This document shows, in pieces, positions 19,176-27,871 of a stretch of 64,000 nucleotides of DNA. Both the position numbers and the translations under genes were made by a program. Source of the DNA: Acidobacteriota bacterium (GTDB lineage Bacteria; Acidobacteriota; Vicinamibacteria; Marinacidobacterales; Marinacidobacteraceae); contig JAJDUD010000021.1 in the NCBI GenBank assembly GCA_022826825.1, forward strand, positions 7,610 to 71,609. Reading direction: 5' to 3'. The notes beneath the pieces are model-generated. The model worked only from the letters and a program-made list of their open reading frames with translations, did not search any database and was not told the DNA's origin. Position 1 is the first letter of the stretch, and every line of letters begins with the position of its first letter.

Positions 19176-20893
19176 CGGCCCGGTCCTCCACCCGGCCTGC
19201 CTCCGAAGCCGACCCGCTCCCGCAGCGCGACGAGCGCGTCCCGGATCGGGTCCCATTCCCGTGGCGCCAACAACCTCGCGGCGAACAGGAACGCGAGCCC
19301 CCCCGCGGCGGTGGCGAGCAGGGTGGTCGCCGCAGTCGCCCAGGCGCCCGGTCCGAGCCGACCACTGGCGATCTGCACGAGGAGCCACGCCGAGCCGCCG
19401 GTGGCCGCCGCCACCGGCAGGGCGCGGAGGCCGGCTCCGGCAACCTCCCCGAACAGGGCCCGCGCCCGCGATCGTCCGGATGCGTCGGAGCCCAATCTCC
19501 CGGCCAGCAGGGCGGACAGCAGCCCCGCGGAGAACCACGCCACCGAGACGGTCGCGAGGGGCAGGCCCAGATGGTCGAAACCCGCGACGACCACGAAGCT
19601 CCGGGTCGCGATCCACGTCACCACCGTGCCGATGGCCGCGACCAGGAGCGGCGGGCGCGTGCTGCCGAGGGCGAAGAAAGCGTCGGAAAGGAGTTTGGTC
19701 GCCCCGAACGCGGGAAGGCCGAGCGCGAAGATGGAGAGCACGAGGGACACCTGCCGGGCGTCCTCCGGGCTGAAGGCGCCCCGCTGGTAGATGAGCGCGA
19801 CGAACGGCACGGCGATCCCGATGAGACCCGCGGCGGCGGCGAGCGTCAGCAGCAGCATGAGCCGGCCCGACTGCCCGAGCACCCGGCCGAATCCGTCCCG
19901 GTCGCCGCGGCCGGCGGCCCGGGTGAGCGCGGGCAGCGTGGCGCTCGACAGGGCGACTCCGATCAGCCCCGAGGGGAGCTGCACGAGCCGGTAGGCCATC
20001 GTGAACCAGGCGAGCCACGACGTCCCCGCCGAAGCGAAGTGCCGCGAGATGATGACGTTGATCTGCAGTGTCCCGGCCGCCGCCGCCGCCGGCGCGAAGA
20101 GGCGGCACACCCGCCGAAAGGCCGGATCGGAGACCGTTTCCCGCATCCCTCCGGTCGGGACCGGGCGGTAACCGTCCCGGCGGAACCAGCGCCACTGCAT
20201 GAGCAGTTGGACGAGCCCTCCCACCGGCACGCCGAGCGCGAGTCCCGCCATCGGGTGGATCCCCAACCGGGGAGCGGCAAGGAAACCGAGCGCCGCGAAG
20301 ACGATGGTGGTGACGTTGAAGAACGACGACGCCACCGCCGGCAGGAAGAAGGAGTTCCGGGCCTGGAGTCCGCCCATGAAGAGGGACGCGAGCGACGCGC
20401 AGGCGATGAACGGGAACATGATCCGGGTCAGCCCGACGGCCAGTTCGCGCGGCGTCTCGACACCGAAACGCAGCGACTCGGGCAGCGGCGTGTCGAAGGC
20501 TCCCCGCGAGAACACGAAGTCCACCAGTTGCGGCGCGAACACCACGCCGGCGACCGTGACCAGCAGGCTGACCGGAAGCAGGACCCGGAGGACCCGCCCC
20601 AGGAGCCGGTGGGCGGCTTCCCTTCCGTCGCCCTGATCCACGGCCGCGAAGGTCGCGACGAATGCCTTGGAGAGCGCCCCCTCGGCGAGCATCTCCCGCA
20701 GGGTGTTCGGGAAGGTGTAGGCCGCGTAGAAGGCGTCGAGGAGCGGCGTCGGAAACAGGAAGGCGAGCGTCTGCTCCCGCACCAGTCCGGTGAGCCGGGA
20801 GAAGACGACGCCGAGACTCACCGAGCCCGCGCGGCGCGCCAGGTGGCGCTCGTCGCCGGAGCCGGACGTACGCGGATCGCCGTCGGGTGGCAC
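19172..20893 (-). CDS. murJ: Lipid II flippase MurJ (MviN)
   Basis: SRLTGLVRE, DAFYAAYTFPNTLREMLAEGALS, AYRLVQLP; multiple TMs. Confidence 0.93.
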   Translation of the reverse strand: MPPDGDPRTSGSGDERHLARRAGSVSLGVVFSRLTGLVREQTLAFLFPTPLLDAFYAAYTFPNTLREMLAEGALSKAFVATFAAVDQGDGREAAHRLLGRVLRVLLPVSLLVTVAGVVFAPQLVDFVFSRGAFDTPLPESLRFGVETPRELAVGLTRIMFPFIACASLASLFMGGLQARNSFFLPAVASSFFNVTTIVFAALGFLAAPRLGIHPMAGLALGVPVGGLVQLLMQWRWFRRDGYRPVPTGGMRETVSDPAFRRVCRLFAPAAAAAGTLQINVIISRHFASAGTSWLAWFTMAYRLVQLPSGLIGVALSSATLPALTRAAGRGDRDGFGRVLGQSGRLMLLLTLAAAAGLIGIAVPFVALIYQRGAFSPEDARQVSLVLSIFALGLPAFGATKLLSDAFFALGSTRPPLLVAAIGTVVTWIATRSFVVVAGFDHLGLPLATVSVAWFSAGLLSALLAGRLGSDASGRSRARALFGEVAGAGLRALPVAAATGGSAWLLVQIASGRLGPGAWATAATTLLATAAGGLAFLFAARLLAPREWDPIRDALVALRERVGFGGRPGGGPGR

Positions 20894-20977
20894 GCCAACA
20901 GAGTAGCGGAGGGGTGGCGGCGGGGAGAGAGCGCCTTCGCGCTGGTCGACGCCGCGCCGTGCATCGCACCGTCGTCA

Positions 20978-21195
20978 GGAGCGCCGGCCTCCAGGCCGGC
21001 ATCGTCCGCGCAGCGGGCGAAACTCCCGGGCTTCATTTCGCGGCGTGGCAACCTCGCCAGACGGAATGGCGCGGCGACAACCACGGGCGCGTACTCCGCT
21101 TCGCCCTCTTCGTTTCGGGTTCCCGCGACCCGGCGCGACGGCGACGGGAGTTTCGCGGCCTGCGGCCGCGATGCCGGTCTGAAGACCGGCGCTCC
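20978..21195 (+). mobile_element. 218-bp non-autonomous REPIN/MITE-like element with REP terminal inverted repeats, copy 1
   Basis: Begins GGAGCGCCGG and ends CCGGCGCTCC; whole element matches the reverse complement of 59970-60188. Confidence 0.75.
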
Positions 21196-21313
21196 TCGCC
21201 GTCCCTGTCACCGGGTGGGTTGCATTTTCACCGCAACTGGCCGGCGCTCCTCCCGTGCGTGGAGTAGCATTCGTCGCGATTTGAGCGCGCCGGCAGACAT
21301 TCCCCCGCCGGTC

Positions 21314-21979
21314 GTGAGGACCGGCCGGTTTGCGGCGCTGATCCTCACGACCTTCGCACTGCTGCCGGTCACGGCGACCCCCGCGGCGGCCCAGGACCAC
21401 AGGTTCCGGCTGTTCGCGGGGGCCGGCCTCCAGTTCTTCGCGCGTCCCGAGTTGAGTCCCGGCCGGGGCGCGGGGCTCGGAGGGACCGCGTCCTTTCGGG
21501 CCACCGAGAACATCTCCATCGCCACCGGGCTCTTCTTCGGGCGTTCCAACCGGCGCTACACGGCCGCCAACGAGGCGGTGGAAGACGTCATCGCGGAACC
21601 GGCATACCAGTTCCGGACGAACCGGTACCACCTGGACGGATCGGTCGTGTACCACCTCGGACGGCGCCAGCCCTTCCAGATGTACTTCGCCGCCGGCGGC
21701 GGCATCGTGCGGCGGGACGAGCTGCGCGAGGACTTCATCTACGAGACGACCGATCCCGGCGCCGACGATCAGTCGGGATCCTTCCGGATCCGGGTCCCCA
21801 TCGGAAACGAGGTCACGCTCGAACACACCACCTACGTGCCCACGGCCCACCTCGCGGTCGGCTTCGAGGTGTATGTCTTCTCCTACCTGTCGGCGCGCGC
21901 GGAGTACCGCATCTGGTCCTCGAAGGACTTCTCCTTCCGCACGCAGCAGGCGATGATCGGGGTCAACTACTACAAGTAG
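21314..21979 (+). CDS. Outer membrane beta-barrel protein
   Basis: GTG start, signal peptide ending AAA-Q, alternating beta-strands, aromatic C-terminus (IGVNYYK). Confidence 0.7.
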   Translation: MRTGRFAALILTTFALLPVTATPAAAQDHRFRLFAGAGLQFFARPELSPGRGAGLGGTASFRATENISIATGLFFGRSNRRYTAANEAVEDVIAEPAYQFRTNRYHLDGSVVYHLGRRQPFQMYFAAGGGIVRRDELREDFIYETTDPGADDQSGSFRIRVPIGNEVTLEHTTYVPTAHLAVGFEVYVFSYLSARAEYRIWSSKDFSFRTQQAMIGVNYYK

Positions 21980-22007
21980 CCGCACTCGGATTCTTCACTT
22001 GGCCTGA

Positions 22008-22538
22008 ATGTCGGATGAGCGCCGGCCGGTCCTTCCGGTGGCCGTGGCCGCCGGGCTGCTGTTCGGGTTCTGGATCGCCCTCTCGGGGAAACTGGACGCC
22101 TTCCATCTCTCGCTCGGCCTGATCACCGCGGCCGCGGTCGCGCTCGCGACCGGCAAGCTCTACCGGGCGGCCCCGCGGCCGATGCCGGCGGCCGAGTTCG
22201 CACGCGCTCCCCTCCGGTGGCGCCACTTCCTCACCTACGCGGTCTGGCTGGTCTGGCAGATCTTCCGGTCGGCGATTCAGGTCGCGAAACTGATCCTGCA
22301 TCCCCGGCTTCCCATAGCGCCCCGGATGGTGCGGATCGCGGATGACCTGCCCCATCCCGTCGCCCGCCTGACCCTCGCCCACTCCATAACGCTCACCCCC
22401 GGCACCGTGACCGTGGACTGCGACGACGAGGGGATGGTGGTTCACGCCATCGACCCCGAGTCCGCCGGGAGCCTCGGCGCCGATGGCGGACCGATGGCCG
22501 ACCGGGTGCGGGCGGTCTTCGGCGCCCGGGCACGCTGA
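22008..22538 (+). CDS. mrpE: Na+/H+ antiporter subunit E
   Basis: LAHSITLTPGTVTVD, VHAID. Confidence 0.92.
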   Translation: MSDERRPVLPVAVAAGLLFGFWIALSGKLDAFHLSLGLITAAAVALATGKLYRAAPRPMPAAEFARAPLRWRHFLTYAVWLVWQIFRSAIQVAKLILHPRLPIAPRMVRIADDLPHPVARLTLAHSITLTPGTVTVDCDDEGMVVHAIDPESAGSLGADGGPMADRVRAVFGARAR

Positions 22539-22801
22539 TGTCCATGCTGCTGACCGCGTTCGCGGGCGTCATCTTCCTCGCGATCGGGGGTTCGCTCTTC
22601 CGTGTCGTGCGGGGCCCGACACTCTGGGACCGGCTGTCCGGGGTCGCCCTGATCGGGACGAAGAGCCTGATCCTCCTGGTCGTCGCCGGCGAACTCGCGG
22701 GACGGCCCGAGATGTTCACCGACATCGCGCTGGCGTACGCCACCATCGGGTTCCTGGGCGCTCTGGTCCTCGCCAAGTACTTCGAGGGGCCGGTAGCGTA
22801 G
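22538..22801 (+). CDS. mrpF: Na+/H+ antiporter subunit F
   Basis: RVVRGPTLWDR, DIALAYA, AKYFE. Confidence 0.92.
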   Translation: MSMLLTAFAGVIFLAIGGSLFRVVRGPTLWDRLSGVALIGTKSLILLVVAGELAGRPEMFTDIALAYATIGFLGALVLAKYFEGPVA

Positions 22802-23139
22802 TGGGCGCCTTCACCCTGACCGAGGGGTTCGCGGTCCTCCTGCTCGCCGGCGGGCTCTTCTTCATCCTGGCCGCGGTGATCGGCATCCTCCGCCTTCCGG
22901 ACTTCTTCACCCGGCTCCACGCCATGGGAAAGTGCGATACCGCCGGGCTGTCGCTCAGCCTGCTCGGACTCGCGCTGCTGGCGGGCGATCCGGCGGTGAC
23001 GGTCAAGCTGGTGCTGGTTGTGGTTTTGGTCGCGCTCGCCAACCCGACGGCGACCCACGCGCTGGCCCGGGCCGCCTTGAGGGCCGGGGTCAAGGTCTGG
23101 CGGGCGGACGAACCGGTCGGGCCGGCGGGAGAGCGGTGA
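22801..23139 (+). CDS. mrpG: Na+/H+ antiporter subunit G
   Basis: GILRLPDFFTRLHAMGKCDT, NPTATHALARA; GTG start. Confidence 0.92.
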   Translation: MGAFTLTEGFAVLLLAGGLFFILAAVIGILRLPDFFTRLHAMGKCDTAGLSLSLLGLALLAGDPAVTVKLVLVVVLVALANPTATHALARAALRAGVKVWRADEPVGPAGER

Positions 23140-23387
23140 TGGCCGAGGGCCACCTCATCAGCATCGGCCTGCTCGCCGCGATGGTGGTCTCGGCGGCGTG
23201 CGCGCTCGCCGTGAAGGACCTGCTGGCTGCCGCGGCGCTCTTCGGCGCGTTCAGTTTCCTGACGGCCACCTGGTTCGCCCTGGTGGGCGCCGTGGACGTG
23301 GCCTTCACCGAGGCCTGCGTCGGCGGCGCGCTGACGACCATCCTGTTCGTCTCGACCGCATTCCGCACCGGCCGGAGATTCGACTGA
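23139..23387 (+). CDS. DUF4040 / MrpB-associated small subunit
   Basis: KDLLAAA, AVDVAFTEACVGGA motif typical of the MrpA C-terminal/DUF4040 module. Confidence 0.85.
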   Translation: MAEGHLISIGLLAAMVVSAACALAVKDLLAAAALFGAFSFLTATWFALVGAVDVAFTEACVGGALTTILFVSTAFRTGRRFD

Positions 23388-24232
23388 TGGGTACCGCGCC
23401 ACCGGGTCGCCCGCCGGCGCCCGGGACGCCCCGCGTGCGGCGGTTGCTGGGCGCGGCAGCGTTCCCGGCGCTCTTCGTCGGACTGGTTGTGGGAATGACC
23501 CAGCTCCCCGAGTTCGGCGATCCGGCATCCCCGGCGTCCACCCACCTCTCGCCCCGTTTCATCGAGGACGCCGCCGCCGAGACCGGCGCCGCCAACATGG
23601 TGACCGCGGTGCTGGCGGACTATCGCGGCTACGACACCCTCGGCGAAGCGGCGGTCATCTTCGCGGCGGGACTGGGCTGCCTGGTCATCCTCGCCGCCGC
23701 GGGGGCCCGGCCCGACCCGCCGGGCGCCGGCATGTCCCACCCCTTCGGGAGCGTCGTCCTCGACGCCGCCACCCGCATCCTGGTCCCGGTGGTGTTGCTG
23801 TTCGCGGTGTATGTCCTGATTCACGGACACGTCAGTCCCGGAGGCGGCTTCCAGGGCGGCGTCCTGTTCGGCTCCGGCCTCATCATGATGCGGCTCGTGT
23901 GGGGCCCGGCCCACGAAGGCAGGGCGCACCAGCCGGCGGTCCCCGCCTTCGGCCCCGGCCTCCGCGGCTCCCTGGTCCTGGCCTGCGCCGGCATCCTCGC
24001 CTACGTCGGAATCGGCCTCGCCGCCATGGCGTTCGGGGGCGAGTTCCTGAACTACGGGACCCTCCCGCTCGGAGGCGATCCGGCTCACGTGCGCGAACTC
24101 GCCACCCTCGGCATCGAGGCCGCGGTGTTCCTCACCGTCGCCGGCACGGTCGCCGTCCTGTTCGACACGATCAGCATCGGGATGCGGGAGAGCGGCGCCC
24201 CGCTCCCACCGGGCGACGGCGACTCCGCGTGA
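23387..24232 (+). CDS. mrpB: Na+/H+ antiporter subunit B
   Basis: NMVTAVLADYRGYDTLGE, HGHVSPGGGFQGG. Confidence 0.92.
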   Translation: MGTAPPGRPPAPGTPRVRRLLGAAAFPALFVGLVVGMTQLPEFGDPASPASTHLSPRFIEDAAAETGAANMVTAVLADYRGYDTLGEAAVIFAAGLGCLVILAAAGARPDPPGAGMSHPFGSVVLDAATRILVPVVLLFAVYVLIHGHVSPGGGFQGGVLFGSGLIMMRLVWGPAHEGRAHQPAVPAFGPGLRGSLVLACAGILAYVGIGLAAMAFGGEFLNYGTLPLGGDPAHVRELATLGIEAAVFLTVAGTVAVLFDTISIGMRESGAPLPPGDGDSA

Positions 24233-24573
24233 CCATCTACGCCTTCGCCGCCGCGCTCTTCACCCTCGGGATCGCCGGCATGGCGCTGCTCCCGAATCTC
24301 CTCCGCAAACTGCTCGCGATGAACGTGATGCAGGTCGCCGTCATCGTCTTCTTCGTGTCGCTCGCGTTCAAGGACGGAGCCACCGTGCCGATTCTGGGTC
24401 AGGGCGGCGCGCCGCGGGCAGCGGAGTTCATGAACCCCCTGCCGCACACGCTGATGCTCACCGCCATCGTGGTCTCGGTTTCGACGACCGGTCTCGCGCT
24501 TGGGCTGCTGGTCCGCATCCGGAGCCGCTTCCGGACGCTCAACGAGCAGCGGCTGCTCGACAGGCTCCGCTAG
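24229..24573 (+). CDS. mrpC: Na+/H+ antiporter subunit C
   Basis: NLLRKLLAMN, NPLPHTLMLTAIVV. Confidence 0.92.
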   Translation: MTIYAFAAALFTLGIAGMALLPNLLRKLLAMNVMQVAVIVFFVSLAFKDGATVPILGQGGAPRAAEFMNPLPHTLMLTAIVVSVSTTGLALGLLVRIRSRFRTLNEQRLLDRLR

Positions 24574-24594
24574 CGGCCACCGGCCAGGAGACCA

Positions 24595-26133
24595 GTGCGA
24601 GACGTTCTGCCGGGCCTGCTGGTCGCGCTGCCGCTGCTGGGAGCGGCCCTCGTCCCCCTGCTGGCGGCGCTCTCCCGCCGCACCACCCGCGTCCCCGCCC
24701 TCGCGCTCCACGCCGCGATCCTGGCGGCGGCGCTCGGCCTCTTCGGGTCGGTGGCGGCCGCGGGACCGATCCGCTACGCGGTCGGAGGCTGGCCCGGGCC
24801 CTGGGGCATCGAACTGTGGTTCGACGGGCTGAGCACGCTCATCGCGGTGCTGGTGGCGGGGATCGCCTGCTTCGCCGCGTTCGCGCAGACCTTCGGCCCG
24901 GGGCGGGACGAGGCGGCGCCGGCTTCGACTCCGCTCCGGGAAGGCCTCCTGCGCGGCGCGCTGCTGCTGCTGGTCGGGGGACTGCTCGGCATCGTCGCGA
25001 CGCGGGACGTCTTCAACCTCTTCGTCTTCCTCGAGATCTCGTCGCTCGCCGCCTACACGCTGGTCGCCTCGGGAGGCGGCCGGGCGACGGTGGCGGCGTT
25101 CCGCTACCTGCTGGCCGGCACCGCCGCCGGCTCGCTCTACCTCTTCGGCGTCGGTTTCCTCTACGCGCTCACCGGGACGCTGAACATGGACGACCTCGCC
25201 GCCCGGCTGCCTTCGGTCGAAGCGGACGCGGCGCTCACCGTCGCGGTGGTCCTGATCGCGGTGGGACTGTCCATCAAGGCGGCCCTCTTCCCGCTCCACG
25301 GCTGGCTCCCCGACACCTACGTCTATTCGCCGACTCCCACGGCGGGATTCATCGCCGCCGTCATGGCCAAGGTCAGCGCCTACGCGCTCCTCCGGCTGCT
25401 CGGCGAAGTGCTCGCCGGAACCGCGGCGGGGGCGGTGGTCCTCGACATCACCCTCTGGCTCGGCGTGGCGGGGGTCGTGGCCGGGGGCATCCTGGCGGTG
25501 GCCCAGCGGGCGATCACCCGCATGCTGGCCTGGTCCAGCATCTCCGCGATGGGAATGATCCTGATCGGGGTGGGGATGGGGTCCGCCCTCGCCATCACCG
25601 GCGCCCTCTTCCACATGGCGGCCCACGCCCTGGCCAAGGGATGCCTCTTCTTCGGCGCCGGCGGGATCCGCGCCTCCCGGCGCGGCGACGACGTGGAAGG
25701 TTGGGCCGGGCTCGGGGCCCGCGCTCCCTGGACCCTGGCGGCGCTGACCGTGGCCGCGCTCTCCATGATCGGCATCCCGCCGACCGCCGGGTTCTTCTCG
25801 AAGTACTACCTGCTCTCGGCCTCGATCACCACCGGAGGACCCGCGGGCATCGCGGCCTTCGCGGCGATCATCCTTTCGAGCCTGCTGGCCACCGTCTATT
25901 TCCTGCGCGTCCTGGAGGCCGTCTGGTTCCGCACCCCGGGTGACGCGCCGGATGCCTCCGGAGACTCGGCGGGCCGGCAGCCCGTCCCCGTCCTCCCCCG
26001 GCCGCTTGCCGTGCCGGTCGTCGCGCTCGCCGTCCTGGTCCTGCTGACCGGGATCTTCGCGCGTCCGTTCGAACGCCACGTGCTCCCCGACTGGGAGTCC
26101 GGAACCGCCCGCATCACCGCGGAAGCTCCGTGA
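24595..26133 (+). CDS. mrpD: Na+/H+ antiporter subunit D (NuoL/M/N-like), D1
   Basis: DVFNLFVFLEISS, TGTLNM, KAALFPLHGWLP, GFFSKY. Confidence 0.9.
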   Translation: MRDVLPGLLVALPLLGAALVPLLAALSRRTTRVPALALHAAILAAALGLFGSVAAAGPIRYAVGGWPGPWGIELWFDGLSTLIAVLVAGIACFAAFAQTFGPGRDEAAPASTPLREGLLRGALLLLVGGLLGIVATRDVFNLFVFLEISSLAAYTLVASGGGRATVAAFRYLLAGTAAGSLYLFGVGFLYALTGTLNMDDLAARLPSVEADAALTVAVVLIAVGLSIKAALFPLHGWLPDTYVYSPTPTAGFIAAVMAKVSAYALLRLLGEVLAGTAAGAVVLDITLWLGVAGVVAGGILAVAQRAITRMLAWSSISAMGMILIGVGMGSALAITGALFHMAAHALAKGCLFFGAGGIRASRRGDDVEGWAGLGARAPWTLAALTVAALSMIGIPPTAGFFSKYYLLSASITTGGPAGIAAFAAIILSSLLATVYFLRVLEAVWFRTPGDAPDASGDSAGRQPVPVLPRPLAVPVVALAVLVLLTGIFARPFERHVLPDWESGTARITAEAP

Positions 26134-27638
26134 CCGAGATCGTCTCTCTCCGCCCGCTGCTCGCCGTCGGGGCGGGACTCGCCGCGGTGCTGCCGATCCT
26201 CCTCAGCGGCCGGCGCCCTGCCCTCCGGGAGGTCTGGACCTTCGCGGCGGGAGCGGTGCAGCTCGGCGCCGCGGTTTCCATGCTCCCCGCCGCCTTCGCG
26301 GGCGCCGCCCACGTGAGCCCGGCCCTCCCCCTGCTGCCGGGAATGCCGCTCCAGTTCCGGGCCGACCCGCTGGGTCTCCTGTTCCTCACGCTCTCCTCGA
26401 TCCTCTGGCTCGCCACCTCGAGCTATTCGCTGGGGTATCTCCGCAGCCTGGGGCTCAAGCACCAGACGGGCTATTTCGCGGCGTTCGCGGCCGCGGTCGC
26501 CGCCGCTGCCGGGGTCGCGCTCGCCGCCAACCTGCTGACCTTCCTGATCTGCTACGAGGTGCTCACGCTCGCGACGTGGCCGCTGGTCGTCCACAAGCGG
26601 ACGGCCGGCGTGCTCGGGTCCGGACGTTCCTACCTCGCCTACACGATGATCGCGGGTCAGTTGCTGCTGGGCGCCGTCGTCTGGGCGGGAGTGCTGGCCC
26701 CCGGCGCGCCGTTCACGCCGGGAGGCTTTCTCGCCGGCACCGCGTCCGACGGCGCCCTGCGGGTCCTCTTTGTGCTCCTCCTGGTCGGGGTCGGCGCGAA
26801 GGCCGCGGTGTTTCCGCTGCACGGCTGGCTGCCCGCCGCCATGGTGGCGCCCACCCCGGTGAGCGCGCTGCTCCATGCGGTCGCGGTGGTGAAGGCGGGG
26901 GCGTTCGGGGTGCTGCGCCTGACCGGCTGGGTCTTCGGTCCCGACCTGATGCACGACCTGGGACTCGCCCTGCCCCTCGCCGCGCTCGCTGCGGGCACCA
27001 TCCTGATGGCTTCCCTGCGGGCGCTCGGGGAGGACCACTTCAAGCGCCGGCTCGCCTACTCGACCGTCAGCCAGCTCAGCTACATCGTTCTCGGGGGCGC
27101 CATCGGCACCCCGCTGGCGCTCGCGGGAGCCGCCTTCCACATCGCCGCCCACGGCTTCCTGAAGATCACCCTCTTCTTCTGCGCCGGGTCGGTCTACGCC
27201 GCCACCGGAAGGGAACACATCTCCGAGCTCGGGGGACTGGGCCGGGCGATGCCGTTCACCTTCGCCGCCTTCGGCGTCGGCGCGCTCGGCATGGCGGGCG
27301 TTCCCCTGCTCCCGGGGTTCATCAGCAAGTGGAACCTGGCGCTCGGCGCCCTGGACGACCACCAGGTGTGGGTGGTGGCGCTCCTCGTGGTCAGCGGACT
27401 GCTGAACCTGGCCTACTTCCTGCCGGTCCTCCGGGTCGCGGTCTTCGAACCGGGCGACGGCCGCCGCGTCCGGGAGCCGTCGGCATGGCTGGTGGCGCCG
27501 CCGGTCTTCGCCGCGCTGGCGGCCGTCGTCCTCGGGGTGGCTCCGGACGCCGGCGCCCGCTTCTGGTTCCTCGCGGAGTCGGCGGCGCGGAGCGTCGCGG
27601 CGCACGCTCCCGAGTTCCTCACCGGGGGTCTCCCGTGA
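26130..27638 (+). CDS. mrpD: Na+/H+ antiporter subunit D-like, D2
   Basis: YEVLT, KAAVFPLHGWLPAAMVAPTPVSALLHAVAVVKAG, RLAYSTVSQL. Confidence 0.9.
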   Translation: MTEIVSLRPLLAVGAGLAAVLPILLSGRRPALREVWTFAAGAVQLGAAVSMLPAAFAGAAHVSPALPLLPGMPLQFRADPLGLLFLTLSSILWLATSSYSLGYLRSLGLKHQTGYFAAFAAAVAAAAGVALAANLLTFLICYEVLTLATWPLVVHKRTAGVLGSGRSYLAYTMIAGQLLLGAVVWAGVLAPGAPFTPGGFLAGTASDGALRVLFVLLLVGVGAKAAVFPLHGWLPAAMVAPTPVSALLHAVAVVKAGAFGVLRLTGWVFGPDLMHDLGLALPLAALAAGTILMASLRALGEDHFKRRLAYSTVSQLSYIVLGGAIGTPLALAGAAFHIAAHGFLKITLFFCAGSVYAATGREHISELGGLGRAMPFTFAAFGVGALGMAGVPLLPGFISKWNLALGALDDHQVWVVALLVVSGLLNLAYFLPVLRVAVFEPGDGRRVREPSAWLVAPPVFAALAAVVLGVAPDAGARFWFLAESAARSVAAHAPEFLTGGLP

Positions 27639-27871
27639 GCAGGCGGGCCGCGGCCGCGCTGGGCCTGGTGGTCGTCGTGCTCGCCGGACTGGACGGGTTG
27701 GCGTTCCTGTCCGGGGCGGAACATCACGGGGGGTTCTGGAACAGCGTGCCGCTCGGTGATCTGGCGCTCGGAGCGCTCGGCGCGGGACTCCTCGCCTGGT
27801 TCGCGCGCCGCGTCCTGAAGCCGCTGCTCTCCCGCCCGGAGAGCTACTACGACGGAGCGGGCAGCCCGTGA
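27635..27871 (+). CDS. Small 2-TM membrane protein of the Mrp operon
   Basis: Overlaps both neighbours (GTGA); two hydrophobic helices; C-terminal LLSRPESYYD. Confidence 0.7.
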   Translation: MSRRAAAALGLVVVVLAGLDGLAFLSGAEHHGGFWNSVPLGDLALGALGAGLLAWFARRVLKPLLSRPESYYDGAGSP

